Part shown: positions 13,862 to 26,869 of the stretch, one piece after another
Position numbering within the stretch: position 1 is the first letter of the stretch
Layout: each line of letters opens with the position of its first letter
Source of the DNA: Eledone cirrhosa
Taxonomy: Eukaryota
Direction of reading: 5' to 3'
Assembly (NCBI GenBank): GCA_964016885.1
Contig: OZ024740.1
Span: 69,812,001 to 69,876,000, forward strand
DNA length: 64,000 nt
Program-made: the position numbers and the translations under genes
Notes under the pieces: generated by a model
What the model saw: the letters and a program-made list of their open reading frames with translations, nothing else
The model's database searches: none
Told to the model about the DNA's origin: nothing

Positions 13862-14050
13862 GATGCACCGTTAAACATACAGATATTGATCAGAACTTGA
13901 ATACATTTGATAATAGGCCATCACGATGCACCGTTAAACATACACATATTGGTCAGAACTTGAATACATTTGATAATAGGCTATCACGATGCACCGTTAA
14001 ACAGAGATATTGGTCAGAACTTGAATACATTTGATAAGAGGCCTTCACGA
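13862..14050 (+). repeat. Tandem repeat, 3 x about 64 bp
   Basis: gatgcaccgttaaaca...gaacttgaatacatttgataa occurs three times. Confidence 0.9.
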
Positions 14051-14224
14051 TCAGGTTTGACCAGGGGATTAAAAAGTAACCACAACAAGACCTACATGTT
14101 TTCTCTTTTCATATACTCCCATTCTCACTCTGTATCTCTTTCGTACAGTTTGTTTGTCTTCTAACCATTTCATGGTGTCTTTCTTTCTGTCCTGATATAT
14201 CGAATGTGATTCTTCAAAGTAAAC

Positions 14225-14381
14225 TACCGTATTTCTCGGTGTCGAAAACGCTACTTTTTTCCTAATATAAGTCTCAAAAATCTACCACGCGTCCTGGAGG
14301 CTGAAGGTTGTTTATTTATTATTTTTCAAATTAGGGTGCGTCCTCGAGGACGAAGCGTCTTCGGCGCCGGGAAATACGGTA
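14225..14381. mobile_element. MITE with about 27-bp TIRs and TA ends (Tc1/mariner-pogo-like)
   Basis: taccgtatttctcggtgtcgaaaacgc ... gcgtcttcggcgccgggaaatacggta. Confidence 0.75.
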
Positions 14382-15576
14382 GCTATTATCCTCTTTCGTT
14401 AGCTCCCAAATACCAAAAGAAATTCCCCTCAGAAAGGTGGTAGTGATAGTGGGGGTGATGGTGGTTGTTGTCGTCGCCATTCTTCTTCTTCTTCTTCTTC
14501 TTCTTCTTCTTCTTCTTCTTTAGCGCAGGATAGCCCAAATCGAACAAACCTTCTTATTGATTTTGTTCATAGCGTAACCAGACCTACATTATACAATGTT
14601 TTTTTTTTATGTATTAATACGATAGGATGCGAAATGAAAGAAATGTGGCTGCTATTTCTGGCAAGTTTTTGTCTCGACACTATTATTTTTTTTTGTGGTG
14701 GTGGTGGTTTTTCACCCCGGTCATCAATTTGTAAATATCCAAATTATCTACAACTATATCGATCACAAAATTGTTGAAAAGGTTCCCAACGTCAATCGCA
14801 AGTTCTTCCCCATTCCCTATGTCCATAAAGTAATTCCCTATTGGAAGGTTCATTTTAGCCATTAACAAAACACAGAAAATTTGTTACATTCACTTTCCAT
14901 TTGTCATATATTTGTTGGTATCAATGATTAGGTCACAAACAGTACAACGAAAACTTGATACAAAGAGACAATGGTAAATCTAAAGTTAACAGTTTTATTG
15001 TGTTTGGGTTTATTTTTTATGTTGTTTTAATTTTTATTTTTATTGATTAAAATGATTTTTCAGAATATAATTGCTTTAGTTTCAACATAAGGTCTCAGAC
15101 CAAGACATTTGCCCGCCAATTCTATAATTTTCTTCCAATAATCACAGACTTCAGTTTCACAATTCACATAAGATTTGAAATAACATAAAACATTAGAGAA
15201 ATATATATAAGGTAATAAACTAATATTACTATTGTTCACGAGTGGCATCAAATTTGTAGAATAGTTAGAACGTAGAACAAAATGCTTTGCGATACTTATT
15301 CCAGCTCTCTGTGCTCTGAATGCAAATCCCATCGAAATCAACCTTTCCTTTATCTCCTTTCTTGGTCTAGATCGGAGCGGTGGATTTGTGGAATAGAGGG
15401 TTCATGAGATGCCGTTTGGTTTTGTTACGCATCTTTACGTTCTTAGTTCAAGTGCCGCTCTATAGTAATCGAGTTACAGATCTAATCCATCATCCTGTTT
15501 AATACTACCAGTTAGGTAATGGATGCATTCAGCAAGCAATCGGGCCCCAGTAAGCTCGTTAAGGATATCTTCCAAC

Positions 15577-16190
15577 ATTTTGAAGACCTTGCGCTATCAT
15601 TTTAAATTAGTGACTATGTCACTTACTTCTCTTTTTTTCGGCAAAGAAGGGAGAGAAGCTGACAGATTCTGTTTCACACAGTTGGTATTTTTCAAAGCAA
15701 CGTATGAAACAGTGTGAAACAGAATCTGTCAGCTTCTCTCCCTTCGTTGCCGAAAAAAAAGAAGTGACATAGTCACTACTTTAAAATGATAGCGCAAGGT
15801 CTTCAAAATGTGTTTAATTAAACATACAGTATATTGCCAAATATACTATACATATATTCATGTATACATCGCTATTTCAGAGCACCAATTCTAATTTTCA
15901 ATTTTTGCTGGACCGGCAACCACTCTGTATAATCAGTTCCTGATTATTACTGGAATTATATAAGAATCCAGCCTCTATAATTTTCGGTAAGGCAGGGGGT
16001 ACGTTGCTCTGAGGAACACCAACAGTGTGAAACAGAATCTGTCAGCTTGTCTCCCTGCTTTGCCGAAAAAAAAAAAGAAGTAAGCGACATAGTCGCTACT
16101 TTAAAATGATAGCGCGCGCAAGGTCTTCAAAATGTTTTTTATTAAACATACAGTATATTGCCAAATATACTATACATACATTCATATATA
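15577..16190 (+). mobile_element. Retrozyme-like family A: about 313-nt unit as a 1.5-mer, preceded by an inverted fragment
   Basis: 15709-16020 repeats from 16021; 15577-15682 is an inverted piece. No ORF; contains an HHR. Confidence 0.8.
15981..16069 (+). ncRNA. Type I hammerhead ribozyme (family A)
   Basis: gct-CTGAGGA(16009-16015)-acac caaca gtgt-GAAA-cagaatctg-TC(16043)-agc. Extended stem I ttttcggtaaggcaggg/ccctgctttgccgaaaa. Confidence 0.9.
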
Positions 16191-16616
16191 TATATTATTC
16201 GCTACTCACCATGTTGGTCTTCTTTTGCGAGTATTTGGATTGCTAGCAATCAAGCTGTCTCCTGCAGCATTAAGTAACGTGTACCTTTCGTATTGAGATT
16301 GATGTACCATACCGTCTGTAGAGCCAGGAATTTCCCCTGCATATCTTCAACTGAATATCCAAACTTTTTCAAGAAAGAAATCATAATAATAAACAATACA
16401 ATGTACTTTTGAGGCCTTTGGAGTTTTTCTTTTTAGTCAATAAAAACATACATTTAATATTTTCAAATATATTCTTACTTCCTGAAAACCTTAAACCTTT
16501 TTGTTTCAAATGTTCTTAGCCGAAATAATTATTCGTATAGAACGAATAAATATACAAAGTTATGTTACCTAAAAGTTATGTTACCTAGTTCGTATTCACA
16601 GCTATAATAATATAAT

Positions 16617-16820
16617 AGGCAAAGTAAACCTCGGCGGGATTTGAACTCAGACCGTAAAGGGACGTAACTATGCTGGAAAGCATGGCGTCCGACTCTCTAC
16701 CGATACTGCCAATCCACAGCTATAATAATATAATTGTTTCTACTTTTGGCACAAGGCCAGCAAATACCCAGTGCATTACTGGTACTTTATCTTATCGACC
16801 CCGTAAGGATGAAGGAAAGG
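16617..16820 (-). mobile_element. Two partial tandem SINE S1 pieces
   Basis: Same S1 consensus; 5' half followed by the 3' half of the next unit. Confidence 0.8.
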
Positions 16821-17148
16821 AGAAAAGTGGAACCCTCAAAGCTAGAAAACAACGATATAACTAGAAATAATTTCAGAGAAAGATTTTTTTAAATGCCAAA
16901 ACCATCAAGATGTTTTTGTAGATATTTCGTCTACCGCATTTCACTCACAATAATACATTTGTAAACATTAGGCTATGTTATAAGATATTTCCTCAGAGTC
17001 CCATGCTCAGGAACTGAGGGTAAAACAAACTGCTTCTGAAGCAACCCACAGCCATGCGTCTGCCTGTATTTATTTATCATCCATAATTAATTCATTTATT
17101 ATCCATAATAAAAAGATGTTAACCTATGAACTGCTATTATTTCTCCTG

Positions 17149-17324
17149 AATTGGCAGTATCGGTAGAGGGTCGGACGCCATGCTTTGACGCATAGAGTTA
17201 CGGCCCTTGCCATTCAAATCCCGCCGAGGTTAACTTTGCCTTTCATCCTTACGGGGTCGATAAAATAAAATACCAGTATTCTACTGGGAATTGCTGGCCT
17301 TGTGCCAAAAGTAGAAACAATTAT
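17149..17324 (+). mobile_element. SINE S1
   Basis: ttggcagtatcggtag...gcctttcatccttacggggtcgataaaat...agtagaaacaatta. Another diverged copy is on - at about 17445-17580. Confidence 0.85.
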
Positions 17325-18306
17325 TTCTCCTCTAAGCACATGGTCAATTTCTGTAGATATCCAATGGTACAGATTTCTTCTCCACTTCACCAAACTCCTA
17401 TTCCATTTACTCGTTAATATTTTGGCTAACCTGAAATAATGATTTGTGATTTAGGCACAAGACCAGCAATTTTGTAGGGGATGGTGAAGTCGATTAAATT
17501 GATCCCAATGCATTACTGGTGCTTTATTTTATCGACCTCGTAAGGATGAAAAGCAACGGAATTTGAACTCAGATCATAAAAGGGCACTAAGCATGTTGTC
17601 TATGCCACTAAGCATGTTGTCTGTGGCTCAATGAATTCTGAAATAATGAAAATGTTGAATGACTGATCATAGCTTTTTGAACCCATTACTGAAATAAACG
17701 GATTTGCCTCATCGTGGCGCAAATCTGGGCAAGTCAAGATATTTTGGTGGAAGGCTAGCAGTCACTGATGCGTGCGAACCTCTCCTCTCTCTGACACCGA
17801 CGTTGTCCAATGGAAAGGCAATGACAGATAATGTTTGGCACCATAGTCGTTGCAAATTATTTTACCAAACTAAGTGTACAGCGGTAATGTGAAATAGTGT
17901 CTTGTTCAGAGACACATCACACCAACCAGGCCAGAAATCGAACTTATGACCTTACAAACTGTAACCCAGCATCTTAATAACTAGAAGAAAGCAATGTCGA
18001 TTATGTGTATATTAGATCGAGTGGGAATCTAAAGGAGGGGTAGCTAAAAAATTGAATGTAAAGAAGGAAGGAGAGATAAATAGAATGATTACTAAAATAT
18101 ACCAGCAAAAAAATATATGAAACAAAATTTAGAAGCCCAAAATTGACATGGAAAAATGAAGGTGGGAGGACAAAACATAAGATAGTAAATGTAGAAACTG
18201 AGGAAGCCCATGTAAATATAAAGATCAAAGAAAATCAAGATACGTTATCAGTTTTTTAGATTTGGGTTCTCATTCTTAAATGTCTATTTTGGAAGTCAAA
18301 AGATAT

Positions 18307-18387
<81 letters not shown>

Positions 18388-18560
18388 CCTGTGTGGAAAG
18401 TGCGTGTTTTCTTACATTGACTTCATTAACATCATCATCACCATCATCATTATTATTATCATTATTATTATTATTATTTTTATTTCAGTAGATGTGGATA
18501 TAGTTGTCATTGTTGTCATTAAATATATATATGTGTGCGTATCTGTGTTTGTGTGTAAGC

Positions 18561-18658
<98 letters not shown>

Positions 18659-19212
18659 GCTGTTGTTGTTATTATCATTATCATCATCATCTTCCATACT
18701 CCTTCGGTGTACTTAGGTTAGGACACATTAGCTTTGATCGATCTTGGACAGGTGGTGTTATATTATAGCTGTTGTCTTCACGCAAAAAAAAAACATTGCT
18801 ACATTTCGCCCTGGAAACCTGAGTTGAGTGCGCAGGTGTTTCCAATGTACTTAATGCTATTAGTCTTCGTTTTGGTGTTCTTATTGTTGTTGTTATAGTT
18901 AGAAAATATTTGTTGACTTTTTCTTTATTTTTTCTTATATTTTGTCCTTACTCTAAATGTTTTTACTTCTACTGCCAGTGACGCTTCATTTGGTTTCATT
19001 GTATTTTTTTTGTGTCACTTTGTGTCATTTATGTTTTTGCTGTTGTTGCTGTTGTATTTGCTCTGGTTGGGTTCTCATTCTTAAATGTCTATTTTGGAAG
19101 TCAAAAGATATTTTCAATTATTGGTTGTTTCTCTTCAAATAATGACTTCTTTAGATAACATCTTAACGTCAAAGAGGAAATGTATACAATATGTGTGCGC
19201 GGATGTGTAATT

Positions 19213-19275
<63 letters not shown>

Positions 19276-19417
19276 TAATAAATGAACAGAGAACAAAAAA
19301 CAGAGAAGCAGTACAAATGATGTGTATTAGTTTCACAAAAAAACAGAGGCAGAGAGGTATGTATATATATATATATATATATGTGTGTATGTATATATAT
19401 GTATGTATATATATGTA

Positions 19418-19481
<64 letters not shown>

Positions 19482-19539
19482 TGTGTATGTATATATATGT
19501 ATGTATATATATGTATGAATATATATATATATATATGTA

Positions 19540-19605
<66 letters not shown>

Positions 19606-20127
19606 TATGTTTTACTGGTGTTTATTGTAAACAGTCATTCGTCTCATTCTGAGGTCACTAGCCCTGTTGTCCATGTGTGTTTATTATCTTAATTCCACAC
19701 GAGGTGTAACTAGCCTGCTTTTAAATTCCCTTTTGGCATATTTTAGCTGTGGTTCTTAGTTATCGTGTTGAGCTCTACTGATGAACGACTCCAACCGTGA
19801 CTCACCCCATTGAAAAGTTTCGTGAAATAGTCTTTTTAAGACTATATAGAGCATTTGTAGATTTTTTCCAAAGTGAAGGATAAGTATTTACCCTTAATTT
19901 TATTCTGAGTTAAGACTCTATTGGTTTTTTCCCTGGATTACACAAAATCTGTGGATAAAATGTCTGTCTTGATTTTTTTTGAATTGAGATTGAATTATTT
20001 TCCCATATCTTACGTTAAATATTTTCCATCTTGACGTAATAGTCACTCATATGTATGAATTACTGTTGGCTTTTGCTCACATTAATTTCTCTATTTTCAT
20101 TTATATTTTCATTTATGTATATATATA

Positions 20128-20170
<43 letters not shown>

Positions 20171-20173
20171 ATA

Positions 20174-20214
<41 letters not shown>

Positions 20215-20240
20215 ATATATATATGTATATGTAGATATAC

Positions 20241-20276
<36 letters not shown>

Positions 20277-21224
20277 AGTGATCTTAGTATTCTACAAGGG
20301 AGGAAGACCTTAATATTTATGATACCATAAATATAGATAGTCCACATAGATTTCGAGCCGCGGTATATGATGTCGCTGGAGTTAATATATTCCGCATCAT
20401 ATTGTAATTTTTGGGGTTTTTTTTCATTCTGTTTCATAAATAATTTCAGAGATGCGGTGCTTCTTTTAGTTTCATATCCGAACAACCACTGCTGGTTGAA
20501 GCGTATATTGCATTCAAAAGCAATAAGGGCGATCTAGATCTTTGGGGAGTTTGTTGAAGTATCTTGACATTTGTGTATTACCTGTTTGGTTAGGCTATTT
20601 AACTTTAAGGGTAACAGAGAAATGTTTGGGCAGTTACGTTTCCTGTGATAGGTCGGATCTTCATCTGTGTAGCTCATTTGCAGATGAGCAGTATATTTTT
20701 AACGAATTTCTATTAAATAGTTTGTGGTATCTGATTCGGGAAGACGATATCTCTTTTTTTATTACAGAGAAAAATATGCTATTTATGGCTGTGGCAATCT
20801 CAGTATATGAAAGAGATTAAACCACCTTAATCACATGCGTTTACATGAGTACATGCACACATGTACAGTGTTTTTAATAACTTCCTCCTCGATTACGCAT
20901 GCTTCCACACCGGTCAGCGCATACATGTTTACGACCCTAAATCTTATATTACTACCATTAATGTTCTCATCATTATTATTATTTTACTATTATTAATATC
21001 TTCAGATTTTTCGTTAAATCATTTTACTTTTATTTCCAACATTTTCCTTACATAGTAGCTGGAAATTATTCGGCTATTCTAAAAAAAATATTAGTCTCCT
21101 GTTTTTTTCGACAGTTAGAAATTGTTGTTATCGCTCTGCATAATGACGTAATTATCCTTGACCGTCGCCAGAGAATGTATCCACCGTTACGTCTTCCTGT
21201 TTTCTTTTAGTCTTCCTATTTATT

Positions 21225-21319
<95 letters not shown>

Positions 21320-21485
21320 TAGGAAAATAGTCAAGACCCCGACGGCAGAGCTCAAGCCGTTTCGATGGCTATTTCTGGACTCTTTTCCTATTAAATCTAT
21401 ATATATATATATGTGGAAAAAAAGATGAAATCAAAAATGTAACTGGAGTCTTATTTTTTAAAAAATATATATATTTATTTGGTTC

Positions 21486-21521
21486 CTTTACCGGTTTCGC
21501 AGTTCTTTTGCTTTTCAAAAG
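21486..21521 (-). ncRNA. Minimal type I hammerhead with U3-A8 core variant
   Basis: Minus strand reads ctt-TTGAAAA-gca aaagaac tgc-GAAA-ccgg-TA-aag. Confidence 0.78.
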
Positions 21522-22418
21522 TAGAGTTGAGATGGAGGGTCTGTGGTTTTTCTCACACCTGGTTGGTCTTTGAATGCTACTTGTTTTATATGGAAAAAAG
21601 TGGCTCAAACGCCAGGTTTTTAGAGAAGTAATTTGATTGGTTGGTCAATAAGTAAAATAAATTTCGCGCCAATTCGCGTTACAAATTTTTTCAAACACGG
21701 GGGAGGGGTGCTCAGGTTGTTTTTTTCATATGTGAGTGTTTGAATTTCTTTTTACTTAAAAAAAACGGGGTCTCACGAAGGCTTTTTTTAATAAATGTAA
21801 TTTGATTGGTTATAAATGAAATTATGGCTGTCACGTGAACAAGTTCATTAAATTCGCGCCCGTATTTGGGAATTTATTTTCTAGCCTTTTAGAGAATTTT
21901 ATGACAAACAAAAGATGATGGTCAAGAGAAATGTGATGGGAGAATTGATCTGGTTCAGTGAATATAGCAAGTTTTTTTTCATATATGAGTGAAGTTTGGT
22001 TGGTTGATGTAGTCACGTGAATAAGTATATCAGCTTTCGCGTAAGTTTGTTTGAATTTCTTTTTACTTTAAAAAAATGGCCGGCGAAGTTTTTTTTAATA
22101 AATATAAATATAATTCGTTATAACCAATCAAATTAACCTTTTACATATATATATATATAAACGGAAAAAATGAAACGAAATTTCATTTCTCACTCTTAGT
22201 ACGGCTGTTACTTGAATATAAGTATGTATACGTACATACATATATGTATACAGACGTACAGTAGTATGTATATATATATACATACATGCACACATATATA
22301 TATATGAACGTATGGATTTACCGAACATTTATTATATTGCTCGGTGTGCTTGTAAACAAACATCCCGAATTAAGCCATACAGTGTTTAGCAACCATCGTT
22401 GCTCTTTTGTTCAAAGGA

Positions 22419-22461
22419 ACGATGTACTAGTTTCAAGCTTATTAGCTATCGTCAGCACCGT
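22419..22461 (-). ncRNA. Type I hammerhead ribozyme (family B)
   Basis: Exact reverse complement of 22871-22913. Confidence 0.88.
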
Positions 22462-22870
22462 ATACCTTTCTGCCAGATGATTGAACGTCTGAAAGTATAT
22501 ACTTTCCTTATGCTTATTAACGGCTGAGCAGCCTAATTTGCATATTGAGTGAGTTAATCGGCCGGGCGCTAGGAAAACGATAAACAGAAAAAATGAAACG
22601 AACATATATATATATGTGTGCATGTATGTATATATATATACATACTACTGTACGTCTGTATACATATATGTATGTACGTATACATACGTATATTTAAGTA
22701 ACAGCCGTACTAAGAGTGAGAAATGAAATTTCTTTTCATTTTTTCCGTTTATCGTTTTCGGTGCGCCCGACAGATTAACTCACTCGATATGCAAATTAGG
22801 CTGCTCAGCCGTTAATATGAATAAGGAAAGTATATACTTTCAGACGTTCAATCATCTGGCAGGAAGGTAT

Positions 22871-22913
22871 ACGGTGCTGACGATAGCTAATAAGCTTGAA
22901 ACTAGTACATCGT
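22871..22913 (+). ncRNA. Type I hammerhead ribozyme (family B)
   Basis: acggtg-CTGACGA-t agct aata agct t-GAAA-ctag-TA-catcgt; palindromic stem III, GUA triplet. Confidence 0.88.
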
Positions 22914-23142
22914 TCCTTTGTCAGTGTTGAACAAAAGAGCAACGATGGTTGCTAAACACTGTACGGCTTAATTCGGGATGTTTGTTTACAAACACGCCGA
23001 GCATTATAATAAATGTCCGGTAAATCCATACGTACATATATATATGTGTGCATATATGTATATATATATATATACATACTACTATACACCTGTATACATA
23101 TATGTATGTGCGTATAGATACTTATATATATATATATATATA

Positions 23143-23371
23143 TTTATTAAAATAACAGATTAAATTTAAGCAAAGAATCGCTGCTTTCACCCTTAACGGG
23201 ATCTTCTGAGTTTCAGAAGATCCCGTTAAGGGTGAAAGCAACGATTCTTTGCTTAAACTTTAATCTGTTATTTTAATAAATATTTGCTCTACGGTTCTTA
23301 TATATTTGATATATATTTATCCTTATCGAGCCCCCTTTGGATTTTAGTCTTCAAATTTATTATTATTACTA
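23143..23371 (+). mobile_element. Solo PLE family 1 pLTR end with inverted 5' copy; variant HHR at 23209-23259
   Basis: Matches 31232-31393. 23143-23209 is the reverse complement of 23213-23281. Flanked by (TA)n. Confidence 0.85.
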
Positions 23372-23510
23372 TATATATATATATATGAAATAACATTACA
23401 ATCAGTACAGTATATGGAAGGAATATATTAAGTTAACGCTTGAAATAGCAGGAAGAGGGTCTTAACATTTCGGACGCTAGATATAGATGTAGATATAGAT
23501 ATACATATAT

Positions 23511-23579
<69 letters not shown>

Positions 23580-23581
<2 letters not shown>

Positions 23582-23693
23582 AAAATGTTCAAGACCCCGA
23601 CGGCAGAGCTCAAGTCATTTCGACGGCTATTTCTGGACTAAATTAGATTTTTGCTGTGGTAATAAATAGCCGAACTTTTCAACTGGTAATTCC
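23580..23693 (-). ncRNA. Candidate U3-A8 hammerhead with long stem II (pLTR family 3)
   Basis: TTGAAAA-g..cggctattt/aaatagccg.c-GAAA-tgac..gccg-TC. Sister 3' halves at 21321-21380 and 41058-41117 have a better stem III, but the base of stem I is mismatched. Confidence 0.45.
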
Positions 23694-24553
23694 TTAAATG
23701 GGAAGATTGTAGTTGTCAAAACGATTGGTCAAAATTTTCTTGTAAACTCAATTAAATCTTTCATGGTGGTGGGTGGAGCAGGTCAAGCGTAGAAATTGAA
23801 TTCTATACAGCAAATTCTAAGGAGTGTGGATGAAATTAGGCTAGCTAGAAAGCAGGCGAAAAATGAATTCTGGAGGAATCTGAGAGTGGGAAGTTATAAA
23901 ATTAAAAAGTTAATAAATTAAAATTAAAATGAAAAAATAATAAATTAAAATAATAATAAAAAATTAAATAATAAAAAATAATAATAAAAACCTACAGTCT
24001 AAAACAGCTGCCTCGTGGTAAGCGAAAGAGGAAAAAGGAAAAGGAAGACGTGAGGGAGTGGAAGAAAGTGAGAAGAAGAGATTAAAGGAAAAAAAGAAAA
24101 GAAGTACATCTAACTATGTATGCTGCGGTTTCCCCTATTTTGTTCGGCAACGGGTTTCTGTAGCCTCAGTACCACCACCCCAGTAAATTCTATATAGCAT
24201 TGGCCGAAAACGCAATACCACCTAAAAATATAGCAGTTTTTTTTTTATTATTTTTTTTTTATTTCAATGTATTAAATTTTGTAACACCTGATTATGTCAC
24301 CTTTTTCTTGTAGAGACCGATCATTGAACTGAGCATAGTGTTTATAATAAAGCTGTAAGGAATTTCACCAATCCAGCCTCCTGTCATTTTCCTCCGTTCT
24401 CACACCACCAACAAGATTCAACATAAACGAAGATGGGTGAGTTGCTCTACGTCGAGTGCTTTATCTAACATTACATCACGGTTGACTATACGGAATGACC
24501 AGTTCTATCCAGTCCAGTGGGGAAGCAACAATCCTAAATGTATATATATACAG

Positions 24554-24681
<128 letters not shown>

Positions 24682-25058
24682 TACACACATACATACATAC
24701 ATACTTTTATGTATATATTATATATATGTGCGTGTGTGTTTGAGTGGAGCGCATCTATGTATATTTATATATAAAGGGAGAAAGAGCGAAATAAGTTTTT
24801 CCTGACTTCAATAATCATATATAACTTTGTATCATATAATTAAGGGAATCAGAGTGTTAATGTTATTATAAAATAGATACGCTTGACCGTATTGTGAGGT
24901 GGAGGATCTCTGTCGGATCCAACAGTGACTCTCGCAGTCTTTCACCCAACGGAAGAGCTTTTGCGTGGAATTAATCTACATGTGTCTGAGCATGACGTGC
25001 ACCCTTAGTAGAGTTCTCAGGGATTTTTCAGCTGATTGGACAAGAGCAAAATAAAATC

Positions 25059-25159
<101 letters not shown>

Positions 25160-25237
25160 AGAAATACTTTATATATTTTATCAAACGATTCTATGGACTT
25201 ACTTTCTAATATATATATATATATCTTTTATTTCTTT

Positions 25238-25275
<38 letters not shown>

Positions 25276-25469
25276 GATAAATCTACCAAAAGTTTACGGT
25301 AGTGTCCAATCCGTATGAAGAACTCAATGTAATCCGGATATCATGGAAAGAAGAGATGCATTCAAAAATCACTTTCGGTGAAAGATAAACGGAATACAGA
25401 GTCAAGATAAAATATGAAAAAAATAATGAATAAAACAAAGAAACAGTTCCTTATATTAAACAAAAAAAG

Positions 25470-25602
25470 TTCATTATTTAACGATCGTTTCTAGGACATA
25501 TATGTGTTAGAATTGGCATGCATATTCAAAAGATCTATGTACAAAACTATACAAACTATCAAGGAGAATATACATACCATCACATATATATGCTATCTTC
25601 AG

Positions 25603-25606
<4 letters not shown>
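25470..25606 (-). ncRNA. Hammerhead with very long stem II (PLE family 2 pLTR)
   Basis: attt-CTGAAGA-tag...cta-GAAA-cgatcg-TT-aaat. The 5' arm of stem I is truncated by (TA)n. Confidence 0.72.
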
Positions 25607-25690
<84 letters not shown>

Positions 25691-26162
25691 ATATTTTCGA
25701 AACAGCGAGCGTGTTTGAAATTATTATAAATGTAAGCTATCGCCGTATTTTGACTAAAGAAATTAAAGAAATGATTTAGCCTGATAGTGGGGTTAGGAAC
25801 CCTCCGAGAAATGGAAAAATATGAGTGTTGACGTACGGAATAAATTTTAAGTAAATTTAAAGTATTAACTAATTGTACGTATATTTACGATTATTTAGTT
25901 GTTAAAATTCTTTTCTAATATAATATTTACTGATATAAGTAAATAGAAAAATAAATAGATATATATAGAAAAATAAATAGATATATATAGAAAAATAAAT
26001 ATATATAAAATTAGATAGAAAAATATATGTACGTCAATACTCATCTTTTTCCATTTCTCCGAGGGTTCCTAACCCCACTATCAGACTAAATAATTTCTTT
26101 AATTTCTTTAGTCAAAATACGGCGATAGCTTACATTTATAATAATAATAATATATATATATA

Positions 26163-26215
<53 letters not shown>

Positions 26216-26261
26216 TAAAGTAATGAATAAACAAAGAAACAGTTCCTTATATTAAAAAAAT

Positions 26262-26403
26262 TCATCATTTTACGATCGTTTCTAGGATATATATGTGTTA
26301 GAGTTGGTATGCATATTCTATAGATCTATGTACAATATTTATACAAACTATCAGAGGGAATATACACACCTACACATATATATGCTGTCTTCAGAAATAA
26401 TGA
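26262..26403 (-). ncRNA. Hammerhead with very long stem II (PLE family 2 pLTR)
   Basis: Inverse copy of 28266-28407. Confidence 0.8.
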
Positions 26404-26869
26404 TATTTGTTTATTGAAAAAAACAAAGATTCAATACAATAGGTCTGTTTGGGAACAGGTTTTGAATTGACCAATAGAGAGATAGTGAGGGTCAGGATAG
26501 TAATATAGTAGTAGAAGAACCTTAAATTATGGGTAGAGGAAGGTAGATTTCAGTTTTGGATGGAAAAGAATATTATGAATGAAGGATTATTTTAGGGAAG
26601 AAATAGGTCTTATGCTGACCTCAGAAATAATTTTATTTTTTCATTGAATAAAACCAACAAAGATCTAATATATTCTGTCTGTTTGGTAAGAGGTTTAGTT
26701 TAGAATTAACCAATAGAAAGTTAATAATTGGCCAAATGGTAAAATAGTAGTAATTGAAGCTTATTTTAGGGGTGAAAATAGGTCAGGTGGTCAGTAAAAG
26801 GTATACAAGCAGTTGCTGTTATAAAATAGTAATGCCAAAACAAATATCTAAGGTGACTAAAGTTTTAAG

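Larger units (their letters stand above)
22157..23120. mobile_element. Retrozyme-like family B: about 425-430-nt unit, two inverted copies each just over one monomer, (TA)n-flanked
   Basis: The - arm 22157-22602 has its start motif recurring at 22580. The + arm 22603-23120 has its start recurring at about 23035. One HHR per arm; no ORF. Confidence 0.8.

Noticed and set aside
13862-14050. CRISPR-like periodicity
   Set aside because: Contiguous tandem units with no unique spacers; eukaryotic context.
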